NCBI RefSeq assembly: GCF_009914755.1
Contig: NC_060929.1
Length of the DNA stretch: 64,000 bases
Direction: 5' to 3' (one strand)
Origin: the human T2T-CHM13v2.0 reference genome, Homo sapiens
The notes under the pieces are model-generated. The model was given only the letters and a program-made list of their open reading frames with translations. It had not been told where the DNA came from and did no database searches. This document shows, in pieces, positions 1-12,270 of this stretch (the stretch's first letter is position 1; every line of letters begins with the position of its first letter). Made by a program: the position numbers and the translations under genes.

Positions 1-316
1 TAAAGGAAAGAGATTTAATTGACTAAAAGTTCAGCATGGCTGGGGAGGCCTCAGGAAACTTACAATCATGGTAGAATGGGAAGCAAACACATCCTTCTTC
101 ACATGATGGCAGGAAGGAGAAGTATAAGCAGGGGAATGCCAGATGCTTATAAAACCATCAGGTCTCCTGAGAACTCACACAGTATCACGAGAACACCATG
201 GGGTAAAGTGCTCCCATGATTCAATTATCTCCACCTGGTCCATCTCATGACAGATGAGGATTATGGGAACTCCAATTCAAGATGAGATTTGGGTGGGACA
301 CAACCAAACCATATCA
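1..316 (-). mobile_element. THE1D-like MaLR LTR (cut by window start)
   Basis: Ends in ...gagatttgggtgggacacaaccaaaccatatca, the reverse complement of the THE1 start TGATATGGTTTGG...CCCAAATCTCATCTTGAATT; also carries the THE1D-type 'ggggaatgccagatgcttataaaaccatcag' segment. Confidence 0.85.
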
Positions 317-805
317 ACTATTAAATTATTTCTTTCTGTTACTAAAGTACTTAAATAAGTGATTGTCAAATTTGAGTCTCACTCCAACAGGTCTAAAAGC
401 AGAAGAAGGTGCAGCTACAGGTTCTTGCAAACATTTATGCAAAAAAAAAACCACGTTCTAAATACATAATAATAGAAGACATTTTTAAGATGAGGACTCA
501 CCTAAATACAAAGATTTGTTTCTTTATTTGTGCCTTGTAATCTTCCCTTCTACTGCTGGTATATTGATTTAATTCTAATAGGTGTATTATTTTAATCATA
601 TTTTAGGGAAATCTTCATTTTTGCAATATGAATGACATTTCTGCCTCTGAACCTGTGTCTAGCCTTAGGTGAATTCACAAACTGGACATTCTGTAAGTAG
701 GAATGACTATTTTCCTATACATGTAAGTTGTACACATTGATTACATGACTCATCTCTCTACTACCATGGAGTAAAGAATGAATATTCAGGATGCCATAAT
801 TATTT

Positions 806-920
806 AGGTCAACAAACATTTATTGGACATTTGCTAAATGTGAGGCATTGCGCTAGGTAGTCAGATTGGAAAGATGAATAAGATAAATTCCTTACTGCCA
901 AAGAACTTAGAATTTAAGTA
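806..920 (-). mobile_element. L2 3' end fragment
   Basis: caacaaacatttattggacatttgctaaatgtgaggcattgcgctagg...gatgaataagata resembles the reverse complement of the L2 tail. Confidence 0.65.
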
Positions 921-3387
921 ACTGAAGAGGAACATATCAACCAAGGCTGCTTGGCCTTTATTTTAAAGATTCTTTAGATTACCTGCACATTCTCTAAGAT
1001 ATAAGTCCAGGACAGGAATTCTGTCTGCTCAGGAAAATGCTCAGAATATTTTTCAGCTAGATTATATGGACTCATTGACAACAGCAGAAAAGTCTCGACT
1101 TGGGCATAGTAGACTATTTGAATGCTTTGCACTCGTTCCACATACTGATGTAAAAACTTACTTGAACTCTTTCAGGTATTTAAGTGACCATTTATTGAAA
1201 TAAACGTGAAAGTTTGATAGCAAAAACCAGTCAGACGAAGTCTGTCCTTGTATAATATAAATAGCCAAGACCATAATAAAGACCAGAAACACTTGTACAT
1301 CCTTAATGTGTTTCTAAGAAGGTCATTGTGAGCAACCCTGCACACTTTTCAATTCTGAATGGACTTTATCAATATTCCACACATTTGGCCTGAATCAGTG
1401 GCTCCTTCTTTTAACTGGGGCATTCCTAGACATGGTGTTATAAAGTAGAGAGTGGAAAGGTAAAGTCATCATAGCATGGTTATCTGTCTGGACAAGGTCA
1501 GAAGTCAGAAATAGGCAAAGAAAATGTCAGAACTGTGAGCAGTGTGAAATGTGTATTTCTCTTGGAAGCACTGGATGAAAGGCAGGGCAGATAGGGAAGC
1601 AGGTAAAATAAAGCACTGCTAATATTTCAATTTGGTGTAACATCTACATTTTAAAATAAACCAACTACCAGGACTCAGGACTATTACAAACTACAATTTA
1701 AAAAAATTCCAAGTGTGTTTCTAACTAAAACATATGTAATTAAAAAATATTTCCATTTGTTCTGTGGAACTGCCTATCGAACACATATATATAGGTAAGA
1801 GAAATGCTACAGGAGACTGACTGTTTCTTCTTTAGAAAACTGTGTTTAGCAGAGGAAAAGAAATCAATGCCTGTATTTTCCATTATGACAAAGCTCATAA
1901 TTGTCCTTAAATGGACTTTTTGTACTCAAGGCTTATGATTCCAATTTGTCATTAGTGATAACTTACATCAGTATCTAGAAAAGAGAAAGTTTCAGAGAAG
2001 ACAAAAAAGTCTTCTATCTTAATTTTCACAGCCATTTATTGATGTGCACATTACTTTCATTCTTTCAACCTAAATTGAATGTAATATGCAAAATAGACTA
2101 TCTGAATAAGTAGATTATTAGGAAGAAAAAGGTAACATGAGTCCTGTTCACTATAAGGGAAAGTATATTAAACAAATTATAAATAATATAATTACAAACC
2201 ATTGTAGATCTACAAAGTATTTCTTGTGTGGTTTACTTAAGGATAGTATAGTCATTTAAGTTGCAAAGAATAGCCACAGAAGGAAGCATACCTATTCTAC
2301 CTGAATTCTACAGAATTTTCAGTAACAAAAAAAACTGCAGATCCCCTTTCTAATGTTCAATGTGGAAATAAAAAGCCTCGTCCTTTTAGCTATTAAACAC
2401 CATATCTTTTGATCACTGAGTCTTCCTCTTTTATTTATTTATAGATGTGAAAGAGCAGGTAGAATTATGCACTGCAGGTATCTGAGAATTTCAGTTTCAG
2501 AAGGAACAATAAGGATGGTGCCATCCAACCCAGCTATGCCACAGGCAAGACTCACAGAGGTAAAATGAGTGTGCAAAGTCAGGAGCAAATCCAGGGCTGG
2601 AATCTGGGGCTTTTCCCATTATCCTAGGCTTGATCTAAGGTCAGCACTGTCTAAGTTAATGAACATACAGTTTTGCAGTTCTAGCAACAGAGCTCAATAA
2701 AACTACACTTGTTCTGGTGCACACCAATGAGATCATCCAAGGTCATTATTTCTGTCTTCCAAGCTCTGCAGATCAGCACACTACTGAAACCCAATTAAAC
2801 CACAAGAGGTGGGGAAACATTAAAAATGAATCATTGACTGTTTAGGGGGAAATAAAAAGACAAGGCTTTCTGAGTCAGCTGAAACTTTCATCAGCCACTG
2901 GGCGTACCCTGTGAGCAAAGGAAGTCACAGGGGCCCAATGAGATACCTCTGTCATATTTTTTTCTCCAGATTGTGCTTTCTTGAAGAGATACTGAATTTA
3001 AAATGGAGCTATTTGGCAATGACAGGAGTTTAAAGGAGAGAGTTGGGAATTAGACCTTGCACCAAATAATCTACATCCCTGCAAGTGGGTGCGCCGTATT
3101 TCAAGCTATTCTGGTTGGCTGAGCAAAGCCCTGCATTTTTGTTAACTCCCTTTAATTAATCTTGTCATAAGTCCTATAGTGAGGTGGATGAACTTTCAAA
3201 CATTAAACAGTGGAATTACTCACCGGGTGGCTTTTCCCAAACACTCCAACCCCAATTAAAGAGCTGTATTTGGTTTGGGTTTCCTCAAATGGCGCTCCTG
3301 TTAACACTCATCAAACACAGGAAAAATAAAACAGCAATTTAACTGTGCCCGCAGTGTGAAAGGCTTGTGCAAATAATCAGCACATTT

Positions 3388-3399
3388 CTAACCGGTTAG
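3388..3399. promoter_or_regulatory. GRHL consensus AACCGGTT inside the 12-bp palindrome CTAACCGGTTAG
   Basis: Exact match to the grainyhead-like consensus with its CpG intact. Confidence 0.45.
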
Positions 3400-4392
3400 T
3401 AATAGGCAGAGTGCAAAAAACAAATGACCAGATTTATACCACTGGGCAGGTCTGAAAGCAATGTTACAGCTGAAATATATTCATTTACAATTTAAAGCAA
3501 GGCTTTCAGTGAATAATTGTTTACATAATAGTGAACAGTGCTTGTGCTGCACAACTGGGATCCATTTACAATGTGTTAACCAAATAATGCATGTTTACAA
3601 AAGATTTAGAGTTTGTTTTTGGAGAAAAGAATCGTGGTACCCTTGCCAACAAAAGCAGAGCAGTATGTACAGTTAGTAAATCTTTTCTTAGCTGCAAAAT
3701 TAGCGTCAAGTTGCTTGAGCCCGTAAACTACGTCAGCATAAGTCACTCTCATTAAATTGATGTGTGAAGGTAGTATTCTTAAACAGCAGGTTGCTCCATT
3801 CTGATTTTTTTTTTTAATCAGTCAAATAATGAGGTGGGGGTAGAGTTGCTTAACCAGGCCAAGGGAAAAAGAAAGCGGAATCATCTTAAAACGGCCATCC
3901 CGGATTTAATAGCCTACAACAAAACCCTAAGCAGGTCAACTTCATGGTTCAGCAATTCCTAAAAGCCTTGTCTACTTCTCCAAAGCTTATCGGTGACGGC
4001 TGGTGTATAAGAGCTCCCAATGAGGACTGATTTACAGCACTGAAGGGCTTTGCAGTGACAAAGGAGGGCCAGGGTCCTCGAGTGCTTTCTGTATTTTTAA
4101 GATCCCAGAAGATGATGTGGTTCTGTGATAGGAATCTCTTAAACTTTACCATTGACATAAACAGGTCACAGTGCCTGCAAAAGCTTAAGCAGGAGTCAGG
4201 AGCAGTCTCTCTCTCTCCTTTTTTTCTGGGTCAGAGTCAGATTTTATCGAGTCAAGCTATCTAATTGAACACAAACCATGTGATAGGACCCAAACAGAGT
4301 GTATTAAAAATGAAACAGAAGGAGCCAGGTTTGTCTCAGGCTAGTGCTGTTACACGCGTAAGTTTCAGACATCCCCTGAATACAAAATGATT

Positions 4393-4439
4393 TTTTTTCC
4401 CCCTGCATTGACAAAAGTCGGTCTTGCAGGGGGAAAAAA
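4393..4439. repeat. Perfect 15-bp inverted repeat / stem-loop
   Basis: TTTTTTCCCCCTGCA (4393-4407) and TGCAGGGGGAAAAAA (4425-4439) with a 17-nt spacer. Confidence 0.9.
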
Positions 4440-6866
4440 TAGTAGAGAATAAAACAAATCCACACAAACACACAAATCTAGTTTCATGCTAGATGTATCT
4501 GTTGTGAAGCAATATGTTGGCTGAATAGGGAAAGTCAGGTGAGTTAAAGTCTTGTGGCAGCCTGATTTAAACCATGGCTACACAAACCAGAGCCCTGTCC
4601 AGATCTCAGGAAAGTGAATTATATATAATAACACTTACAGTTTCCTACTACTATTAGATTTGCCTTCTTACATAAATGCTTAAGTTATGATAAAAAACAG
4701 GGCCATGTCAGTTCCTTTCAGTCTCAGCACATTTGCTATTAGCATAAGAAATGCTGCTTATGGCAGAGCTAGTCGGGCTTGAAATTTCTGAATTAATGGA
4801 TTTGATTTCCTCTTGAGACAAACCATCAGCCTTGCAGTAATGGAAATAGATATAGTTGGTAAAACAAATAAAAAGCTGGCATGCAGATAAAATGGGTTTC
4901 GGTTTAAAATAGTAATGTTGTAATTGAAGTGAACAATTACAGGGTTGCTCCTAGGCACAAAAGAAATACCATGAAAATGAAGTAATGTTTTTGTTAAGTA
5001 TAGTCATTTCATGAAAATGTAGAGCTGCAGATGTCATTGTCTGCCAAAGGGAAAACTATACTTATTCTTCTATACAAAGATCATTTAATAACATTTGGCT
5101 AATTTTAATAATAATTGCTAATATTAACCCTATATTTCACTGGGAGTTTGAGGACAAAGGCTCCCTCCCCCGCCCTGTTCTTTCCCTGTCTTGGTAGTGA
5201 GCCAGGGAGAGCAAGTTCCTGTAAAAAGCCATTGGCAATGTGCTATCAAATCCCCACCCCCAGCAGCAGTCTACTCTTTTTTAATGTCTTATTTCTCTTT
5301 CTTTGTCAAGCATCTGTTATCAGGAATGGAGCCTGTTAGCTGGCAATTGGAGGTGCAGGAGGAACTGGAATAAAGAGGGGAAGGAGAGTGGGAACGCCAG
5401 GCAGGACAGGAAAGTGGGCTCTGGAATGTTCACATTTGATCCCCTGCACATTCTTTCTTTTTTTTTTTTTCCTTTGGTCTGTTGCAACTTGTCTGTGAAC
5501 CATACGAAATTCAGAATAGAAACTTCCATTTTTAGAACTTGAAATCTTTTCATTTTCATACACACACAAACGGAGGCAGCCAAGGCCACAGGATATCACA
5601 AGAAACATAAGTGTCTCATTGACTCTGAAAAGACAGTGACACAAATACACTTTCACAAAATGCTCAGCTGGGTCCCAGCCTGCCACTTGGCCCTTTCTCC
5701 CACTCCTCCGTTTCATTGCATTGAAGGAAGAGACATGCACTGTGTTTCCTCCTCAGGTTTTAGTAATTAAAACAATATTGTAGCTCTTTGAAGTTTTATT
5801 TGGAAATATACTGCGCTTTGTTCCCTCCAATGCTGCCTGGCTCACACAGCCTATTTGGCGCATTTGGCATCTCTTTATCCAAGGGAAGCGCTTTTCCCGG
5901 GGTTGGTATTTTTTTTTTTTTTCTTGGCATCACAGCATTGAAGAAGGCACAGAGGAGTGAGAAAATGAAAGTCCCCCTTAACAAAGGATTGAGCTGTGAC
6001 TTCTTAAGAGAAAAGGTTAAATTGACTGGCTGCGTGTCTTGGAGTGAAACAGGAGAAGGGCTGCTTCCCTTTTTACTCACCGCCAGTCAGAATAATTCAT
6101 TTCCTAAGGCAGCCTACCTGTGACAGTCACAGGTGACCTCCCAGCCTGCTAAGCTCGGATGATTTCCCCTTCCCATTGCCCGAGTGCAGCTCCTGCCAGA
6201 AGACAAATGTACTGCAAGTCGAAGACATATCTGTAGTGCGGAGGAAAAGCAGCCTGTCTACATATGTCATTTTAAAGCCTCGCACGGAGATTTTACTGCT
6301 TTCTTCACACTCTCACACTTACATAAATACACCCACACAGTACAGGCAAGTTCCCCAGACTCCCAAGCGTTTCTCTCCCATTAGGAGACATTTTAAAACA
6401 AATTAGCACCCTCCCCAAAAGCCTATTGGCCTAAATGTGTTTATTACTTTGTTTGCTGTTTTAAAAACTCTTCCTAAAGGCGTCAAACGAGGCTGGGGAG
6501 TTCCTACAGAATTAAGCACACCCTTCGTCTGTTGAGGAATATACACATTCGACAAAGACTGAAATCTCTCTTTTTTTTTTTCCTCTTGACACAGCGGCTG
6601 GTGACACATAAATGTACTTTTTTTCCTTTGACAGAGTAATAAAAATCTCATTATCTCTGAATAGGCAGCAATTTCGTTATCTAATCTTTTTACCAAAAGG
6701 TTAGTTAATTAATCAGAAACAAATCCTGATGATTATTTCAATAGAATTAGAAAGACAAATCACCAGAGTACAGCTAAATAGGGCAGGCCTGCGGTTTCAC
6801 CTGCTCATTGCCATGCAGGCCCCGTGACTGTCAGGGCTCCTCCAGGCAGACAGCCTCCGGAACAGC

Positions 6867-6885
6867 AGCCAGCAGATGGCTGTGC
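6867..6885 (+). promoter_or_regulatory. Candidate CTCF site
   Basis: CCAGCAGATGGCTG against core CCASYAGRKGGCRS (one mismatch), in a GC-rich patch with CpGs at ~6780-6920. Confidence 0.45.
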
Positions 6886-6942
6886 CGAGCGGCCAGCCTG
6901 CCTCCGCTCCAATGCCTGTGATCCCATTACCTCACTGAATCC

Positions 6943-6956
6943 GTTACCAGGGTAAC
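6943..6956. promoter_or_regulatory. RFX X-box
   Basis: GTTACC-AG-GGTAAC: perfect inverted half-sites matching GTTRCC-N2-GGYAAC. Confidence 0.55.
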
Positions 6957-8752
6957 TGTTAAATTGCTGTGAAAGGCATGGTAATAAAGTAACCTGTCAC
7001 ATTGGCAATAAAAGGAGCAGAATTTTCCTGTTCACTGAACTTTGCAGCTCATCAATACTCACTTGATGGAGAAATTCACCACTACTCCTGGGTCAGCCAC
7101 AGGAATCTTTCCATAAGGCTTCTGAAATGCAAACGAAAGTTTATGTAAACACAAGAAAAGATAGAATTAAAAGCTGGATTCTTAGCTGCACAGAGCAAAT
7201 GCTTCTTTTTCTGTGCAAGGGCTCTGGGAGCTTGAAGAACATCAGATTGCTCCCTTTGTTTTTGTTGTTTTTTAATTTAAAGCATGCTAGATAAAAATAA
7301 CCTTTGCTGGGGAAAGACAGCTGTGATTAATTCAAGACTGGGAAAACAAAGCACGAGGAAAAAAATCCTTTGTTCCTAAAATCTGTCTTTCTTTTTTTCA
7401 GATGCTATCTTACTGGCTCTTTTTATTAAAGGGTCAGGGTGCTTTAAAAAATGATTTGGATTTGAGAGTTTTTTTTTGTTTGTTTTTTTTTTTAAGAATG
7501 GAGAGCCTTGGTTTTCATAAGCATAAGGAGTTGAAAACAGCAAGCCCCCTTCTTCCAGCCCACCCCAACAGTTAGGGCTCATCAGTTCTAACTGCAAAGA
7601 GATGAATGTGTTCTGAATGTATGGTGTGGTTCTGTCTCCCCCTCCTTCTATAAATGCCCTTCAAAGATTTCTATGTCATGGACTCTAGTGGTGACGCTAC
7701 CAGGTATAAGATTTACTAGAGTTAATTGAGTGGGGTTCTTTGAAGTAAGAAAAGAGAATAGCCAAATGCTTTCTCAGTATTAAAGAATAAGCAATAAGTT
7801 GAAAACCCTATTTACCTCAATTACATTTTGCAGCCAGACCTACAAACATACATGGAAAGTGGGAGTGGGGTATATCTATGCAGCCCTCATTACTAGGCAT
7901 TTGCAGACTTCACGCTTTTGGCTCCATTTGGTGCTGTCATTAATTAGTCAGTATTAACCTTAGAATACTTTAGAGCTTGCCTATTGAAATAACTTTGGGC
8001 ACACTCCTTTTTCTCCCTCCCTCCCTTTCACTTGCAAGTGCTTACAGCTTGTTAATAAAAAACTGACAGTATTTCTTTGACCAGCCAGCAGCAGACATAA
8101 ATCGTACTTCTAGTTGTAGCTGCAACCCATGAAAAGAAATGCCTCCAAACAGGAATTGTCCTCATTACAGGCTGCCCAGCATGGAATTACTGCAGAGCCT
8201 CACTGGCTGGCCACATCAGATAGAGCCTTCGACTGGCATCTTAGACAGGATAGAGCTTTTAGGAATGAGGTGGCAATGTGCTACACATTAAAAAGTAGAT
8301 GAGCTAGTTTTCAGTTAAAATCAGGAAAATGAAGGCTATGGCTTCATGGTATCCAAATTTGTTTAAAAATGGAAAATATTTTCTATCCTGTTGAAAGCAA
8401 TTCTTAAATATAAAGTCACAACACACACATATATGCATATACAAACACACAATGTGAATTGAATTGTAAAATGTGTATTCTACTACTGATATTTAAAGTG
8501 TTCCCTGTAATTATACTTCTCACCCTTCTGCATTTTCATACGGTTCCAAGGAGAGAAAGAAGTAGAATTACAGAGGTAATTACTTGTGAACAACCTCTCC
8601 TCCCCCCAGTCATATGCTGCCATCACTATGAAGGTTTTCCATGGGTGTCAGGGAAGGAGGCTGTCTTTTTCTACACCAGAGATGGTCCAGCTAAATTTGG
8701 AAGAATAAGAACTAGTTTATATAATAGCTAAAAATGAGCTAGATCTTTAGAT

Positions 8753-8980
8753 CAGGTGCTGTAAATACCAATGGTGCCACGAGAATTACATAAATGTGTG
8801 AGGTCGGTTGGATGTGAGAAAATGGAAGATGGTGGGCTTGTCATCCACTGGATAATCTATTCCTTCTTTAAAGGGGACAGTATTATTTAACTGCCATCTA
8901 CTCTTTCCATGTAGCTAAGGAGAGTCTCCTGTCATCACATCTCCCGACTTTTCAAGAGAGTCAGCCCCAGATAAAAACTT
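8753..8980. mobile_element. MER102-like hAT-Charlie fragment
   Basis: caggtgctgtaaatacc...acataaatgtgtgagg...taaaggggacag...gacttttcaagaga resembles MER102b. Confidence 0.55.
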
Positions 8981-8989
8981 GAATCGAAT

Positions 8990-9697
8990 TATATTAGTTT
9001 GCTGGAGCAGCAATAACAAAGTATTAAAACTGAGTAGCTTAAACCAGTGGTCTCCAACTTTTTTAGCACCAAGGACTGGTTTTGTGGAAGATAATATTTT
9101 CATGGCCAAGGTGGGGGCTGGCAGGTGGTTTTGGAATGAAAGTGCTCCACCTCAGATCATCAGGTATTAGATTCCCACAAGGAGCACACAACTTAGATCC
9201 CTCGCATGCACAGTTCACAGTGAGAATTTAATGCCCCTGCTGATCTGACAGGAGACAGAGCTCAGGTGGTAATGCTTGCTCCCCTGCCGCTCACCTCTTG
9301 CTGTGCAGCCAGTTCCTAACAGGTCATGGGGACTGGTTCAGGTCCACGGCCCGGAAGTGGGGACCCCTGCCTTAAACAACAGAAATTTATTTTCTCACAA
9401 TTTTGGACCCTGGAAGTTCGACATCAAGGTGTCAGCTGGGTTGGTTTCTTCTGAGGCCTCTCCCTGGCGTGCAGACGTCTTCTCTCTGTGTTTTCACATG
9501 GGTTTCCTTCTGTGTCTTTTCCCTGATCTCCTCTTATAAAAACACCAGGCATTTTGGATTAGAGCCCACCGTAATGACCTCATTTTAACTTAATTAATTC
9601 TTTAAAGACCCTATCTCCAAATACAATAATGTTCTGAGGTACCGAAGGTTAGAACTTCCTATAAATTTTAGGAGAACACACAATTCAACCCATAACA
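8990..9697 (-). mobile_element. MLT1B-like solo LTR, interrupted by MER1B
   Basis: Runs from tatattagtttgct to cacaattcaacccataaca; contains taatgacctcattttaacttaatta...aaagaccctatctccaaatac. Confidence 0.85.
9045..9369 (-). mobile_element. MER1B hAT-Charlie MITE
   Basis: TIRs cagtggtctccaac ... gtggggacccctg; 8-bp TSD gcttaaac/ccttaaac. Confidence 0.9.
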
Positions 9698-9744
9698 TCA
9701 GTGTAGGCCAGGCAAAACTTTGTTCCAAGGTAAATCTTGGCAAT

Positions 9745-9950
9745 GATAATAATTACACAGTGCTTACAGTGTGAAAGGCATGGTTGTGGGCCTTTTAAAG
9801 GTATTAACTTACTGAATTCTCACAGCATCCTTATGAGGTAGGAAATATTATTATTCCTATTTTATGGTGATACATTAAGGCACAGGGAGATTAAATAATT
9901 CACTCATGCAGCATCTGGTGATGCTGGGATTGAAGTCCAAGCAGTATCTA
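9745..9950 (-). mobile_element. MIR SINE
   Basis: aattctcacagcatccttatgaggtagg...attattattcctattttat...ggcacagggagattaaataa is the MIR core in reverse. Confidence 0.75.
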
Positions 9951-11809
9951 GTTTGTTGTTTGTGTTTTAGCTGGGTCAGAGCTTTCATGGTGACAAATGA
10001 CCTACTATGACCTTGAGGCTGTAGAGTAGAGGCACTTAAGAGCTAAAAGTTAGAGTTTTGTAATTGCCAGAAATGCAGATAATCCTTATCAAATCAGGTT
10101 TACATAAGGGTTCTGTGGATGCACACCTATTCTCACAGAATGGGTTTGGCCATTCTGATGAATCAACTGGATTTCTGCTGAATCAACTGGATTTGAAGTA
10201 ACAAAGTACTCTTTATCGTCTAGAGAAGGTTCAGAGACTGAAAGAAAGCAAAGTTCCTTAAATTAATGCTTTGGAGCCAAAGATATCAACAAGAGTCTCT
10301 GAGTATCTGAGATAATTACTAGGACAAAGTTTGGAAATTTCGGGAAATGCTGTAATTTGTGTTTGTTTTGGTAAGTGTTGTTGCTACTTATCTTTTCAGC
10401 CACCATTAGTATAAAAATTAAAACTGAAAAAAGGTTTTAATCTATTTTCCAGATCTATAAACTAAGAATAATCTGGAGAGGTCAATTCCTAATTAGAACC
10501 TAGTATGGAAGACTAGGATCCTAAAACTCAGTGGTAACTCCGAAGAGTAAAAATCTACCCCAGAGCTATACGTGAAAGATTGGAATTTTACAAGGAGGTT
10601 TGCATTTTAAAACTGGTTGCTGAGATTTCACCAGGTGAGGACATCTCTGTGCATCTTTCCGACATCTTTCTATTTATTTTTCCTCTATCACCTTTTTCTT
10701 TCTCCTTTTTTTTCTCTCTCTCTCTCTCTCATAGTTACGTGGAAGGGTAAAGCAATAAGAAAAAAATGGATTTATTCACATTTTCTCTTCCTCTTCCAAT
10801 GAAATGAAGTAATTTCTCCACAGGGCCGATTATGCCCAGTTAATTGATTTTCTTAATCAGATATTTTGGAAAAACAATTGAGCTTTGTGAACTTCTGGAT
10901 GTTTTTCTCACTGGAGATTTGAGAGGCACACACCCACTGTTCTTTGTATTTCTAGACTACGTAATTGGAGCATATATCAAGGCAATTTTTTCATACCTTC
11001 TATTTTCATGTAATTTTCCTCCTTGAGTGATTTTTTTTTTCTCACTTCTCGTGTGCTTACACTAAGGCATTACAGGGAATGACAATTCTGCTTGGAGCCT
11101 GTGAAACACAGCAATTTGAGGCTGTAATGCCTAAAACTGTTATTGCAGGTCCAAATGGGACTATATTATATAATTGTGATGTCTACCAACTTAGAGCAAA
11201 CTCTCTTTTTCTTAATGTAAAAAAAGACATTTGATTTGCTAACCAATTATGCGATCATCATAATCAGCATTTATTTTAACTTGGCTGAAATCATGTCCAA
11301 AACTGAAGAGAAGCAAGTATGAAGAGAGTGGGGATAATGAAGGGAATAAATAAAACAATTTTGATATGATGTATTAACCTAAGAAATACAGAGATGTTTT
11401 TGAATTACATTTTTCCTTCAAATTCTCTTTGAATCATGATGTGATTTAAAAAAACTATCTACTAGCACTTAACATATTTAAATTTTCAAGAGTATTCTCC
11501 TAGTCTATTCTTTTTCCTCCTAGTTACTATTACTACAATTTGGTGGCAATTACAAGGTGACAAATTAACTCTAGTGCTTTGGAACAATGGTGATGCTAAA
11601 ACATCTCAGCTTCCCTCTTACCAATTTTCAAAATAAAATAGTTATGCTATGCAAGGAAGTGGCTGAAAGAGCACATTTATGTATGTATTTGTGTATGATA
11701 AAAAGATTGGGGCATGTGTTATATTATTCGATTAGTTATGGGTAGCAGGATCCTGGGTAATTTTTTAAAACTCTGTTTATTTGTTATTTTCAATCACTAG
11801 ATATAGACA

Positions 11810-12270
11810 CATATATAGATGACTACTCCATCTCTGTCTCCAGCTTCAACATCTTGAAGCCATCAGCTCTTACCATCTCTCATCTAGATATTCTTAAATG
11901 GGAGTTTAGGTAAACTAAAAGATTCCAATCTGAACTGATTATAATATCCCCAGATTCTTCTAGTTCCCATATTTCTACTCACATAATTATTTTCCTTTCA
12001 GCTACCCAAATCTAAAGCCTGGCAAATCTAACTCTCGGTTTCTGGTCTCTTGTTTCTCACAAGTAATCAGTCAACTCTAATGGGTACCATCACCTCACAG
12101 TCTATAGATCACAGACTTCCCCTCTGTTATCTGTAGGACTAATACCCAGTTCTCTGTTATTTCTTATGCTAACTGTCACAATAAGCAATCAATTAATCAG
12201 TCAGCTAGCTCTTAAAACATATTTTCCCTCTCAAGTTAAGACATTTGTAAAGTTTTAGACACAGTTCTGT
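11810..12270 (+). mobile_element. Degraded L2 fragment
   Basis: gatgactactccatctctgtctccagc...tccaatctgaactgatt...tcagctacccaaatc resembles the L2 3' region. Confidence 0.5.

Larger units (their letters stand above)
2700..8700. promoter_or_regulatory. Transposon-free, motif-dense putative enhancer/promoter block
   Basis: No recognisable TE over ~6 kb in an otherwise TE-rich window; retained CpGs; AP-1 (2871), GRHL (3390), FOX TGTTTAC (~3518, ~3592), RBPJ GTGGGAA (~5388), CTCF-like (6869), RFX (6943) and NKX2 (8029) motifs. Confidence 0.55.

Noticed and set aside
5115-6696. Cluster of overlapping 60-134 aa ORFs on both strands
   Set aside because: No recognisable domain, many non-ATG starts and poly-K/F from A/T runs; explained by locally higher GC.
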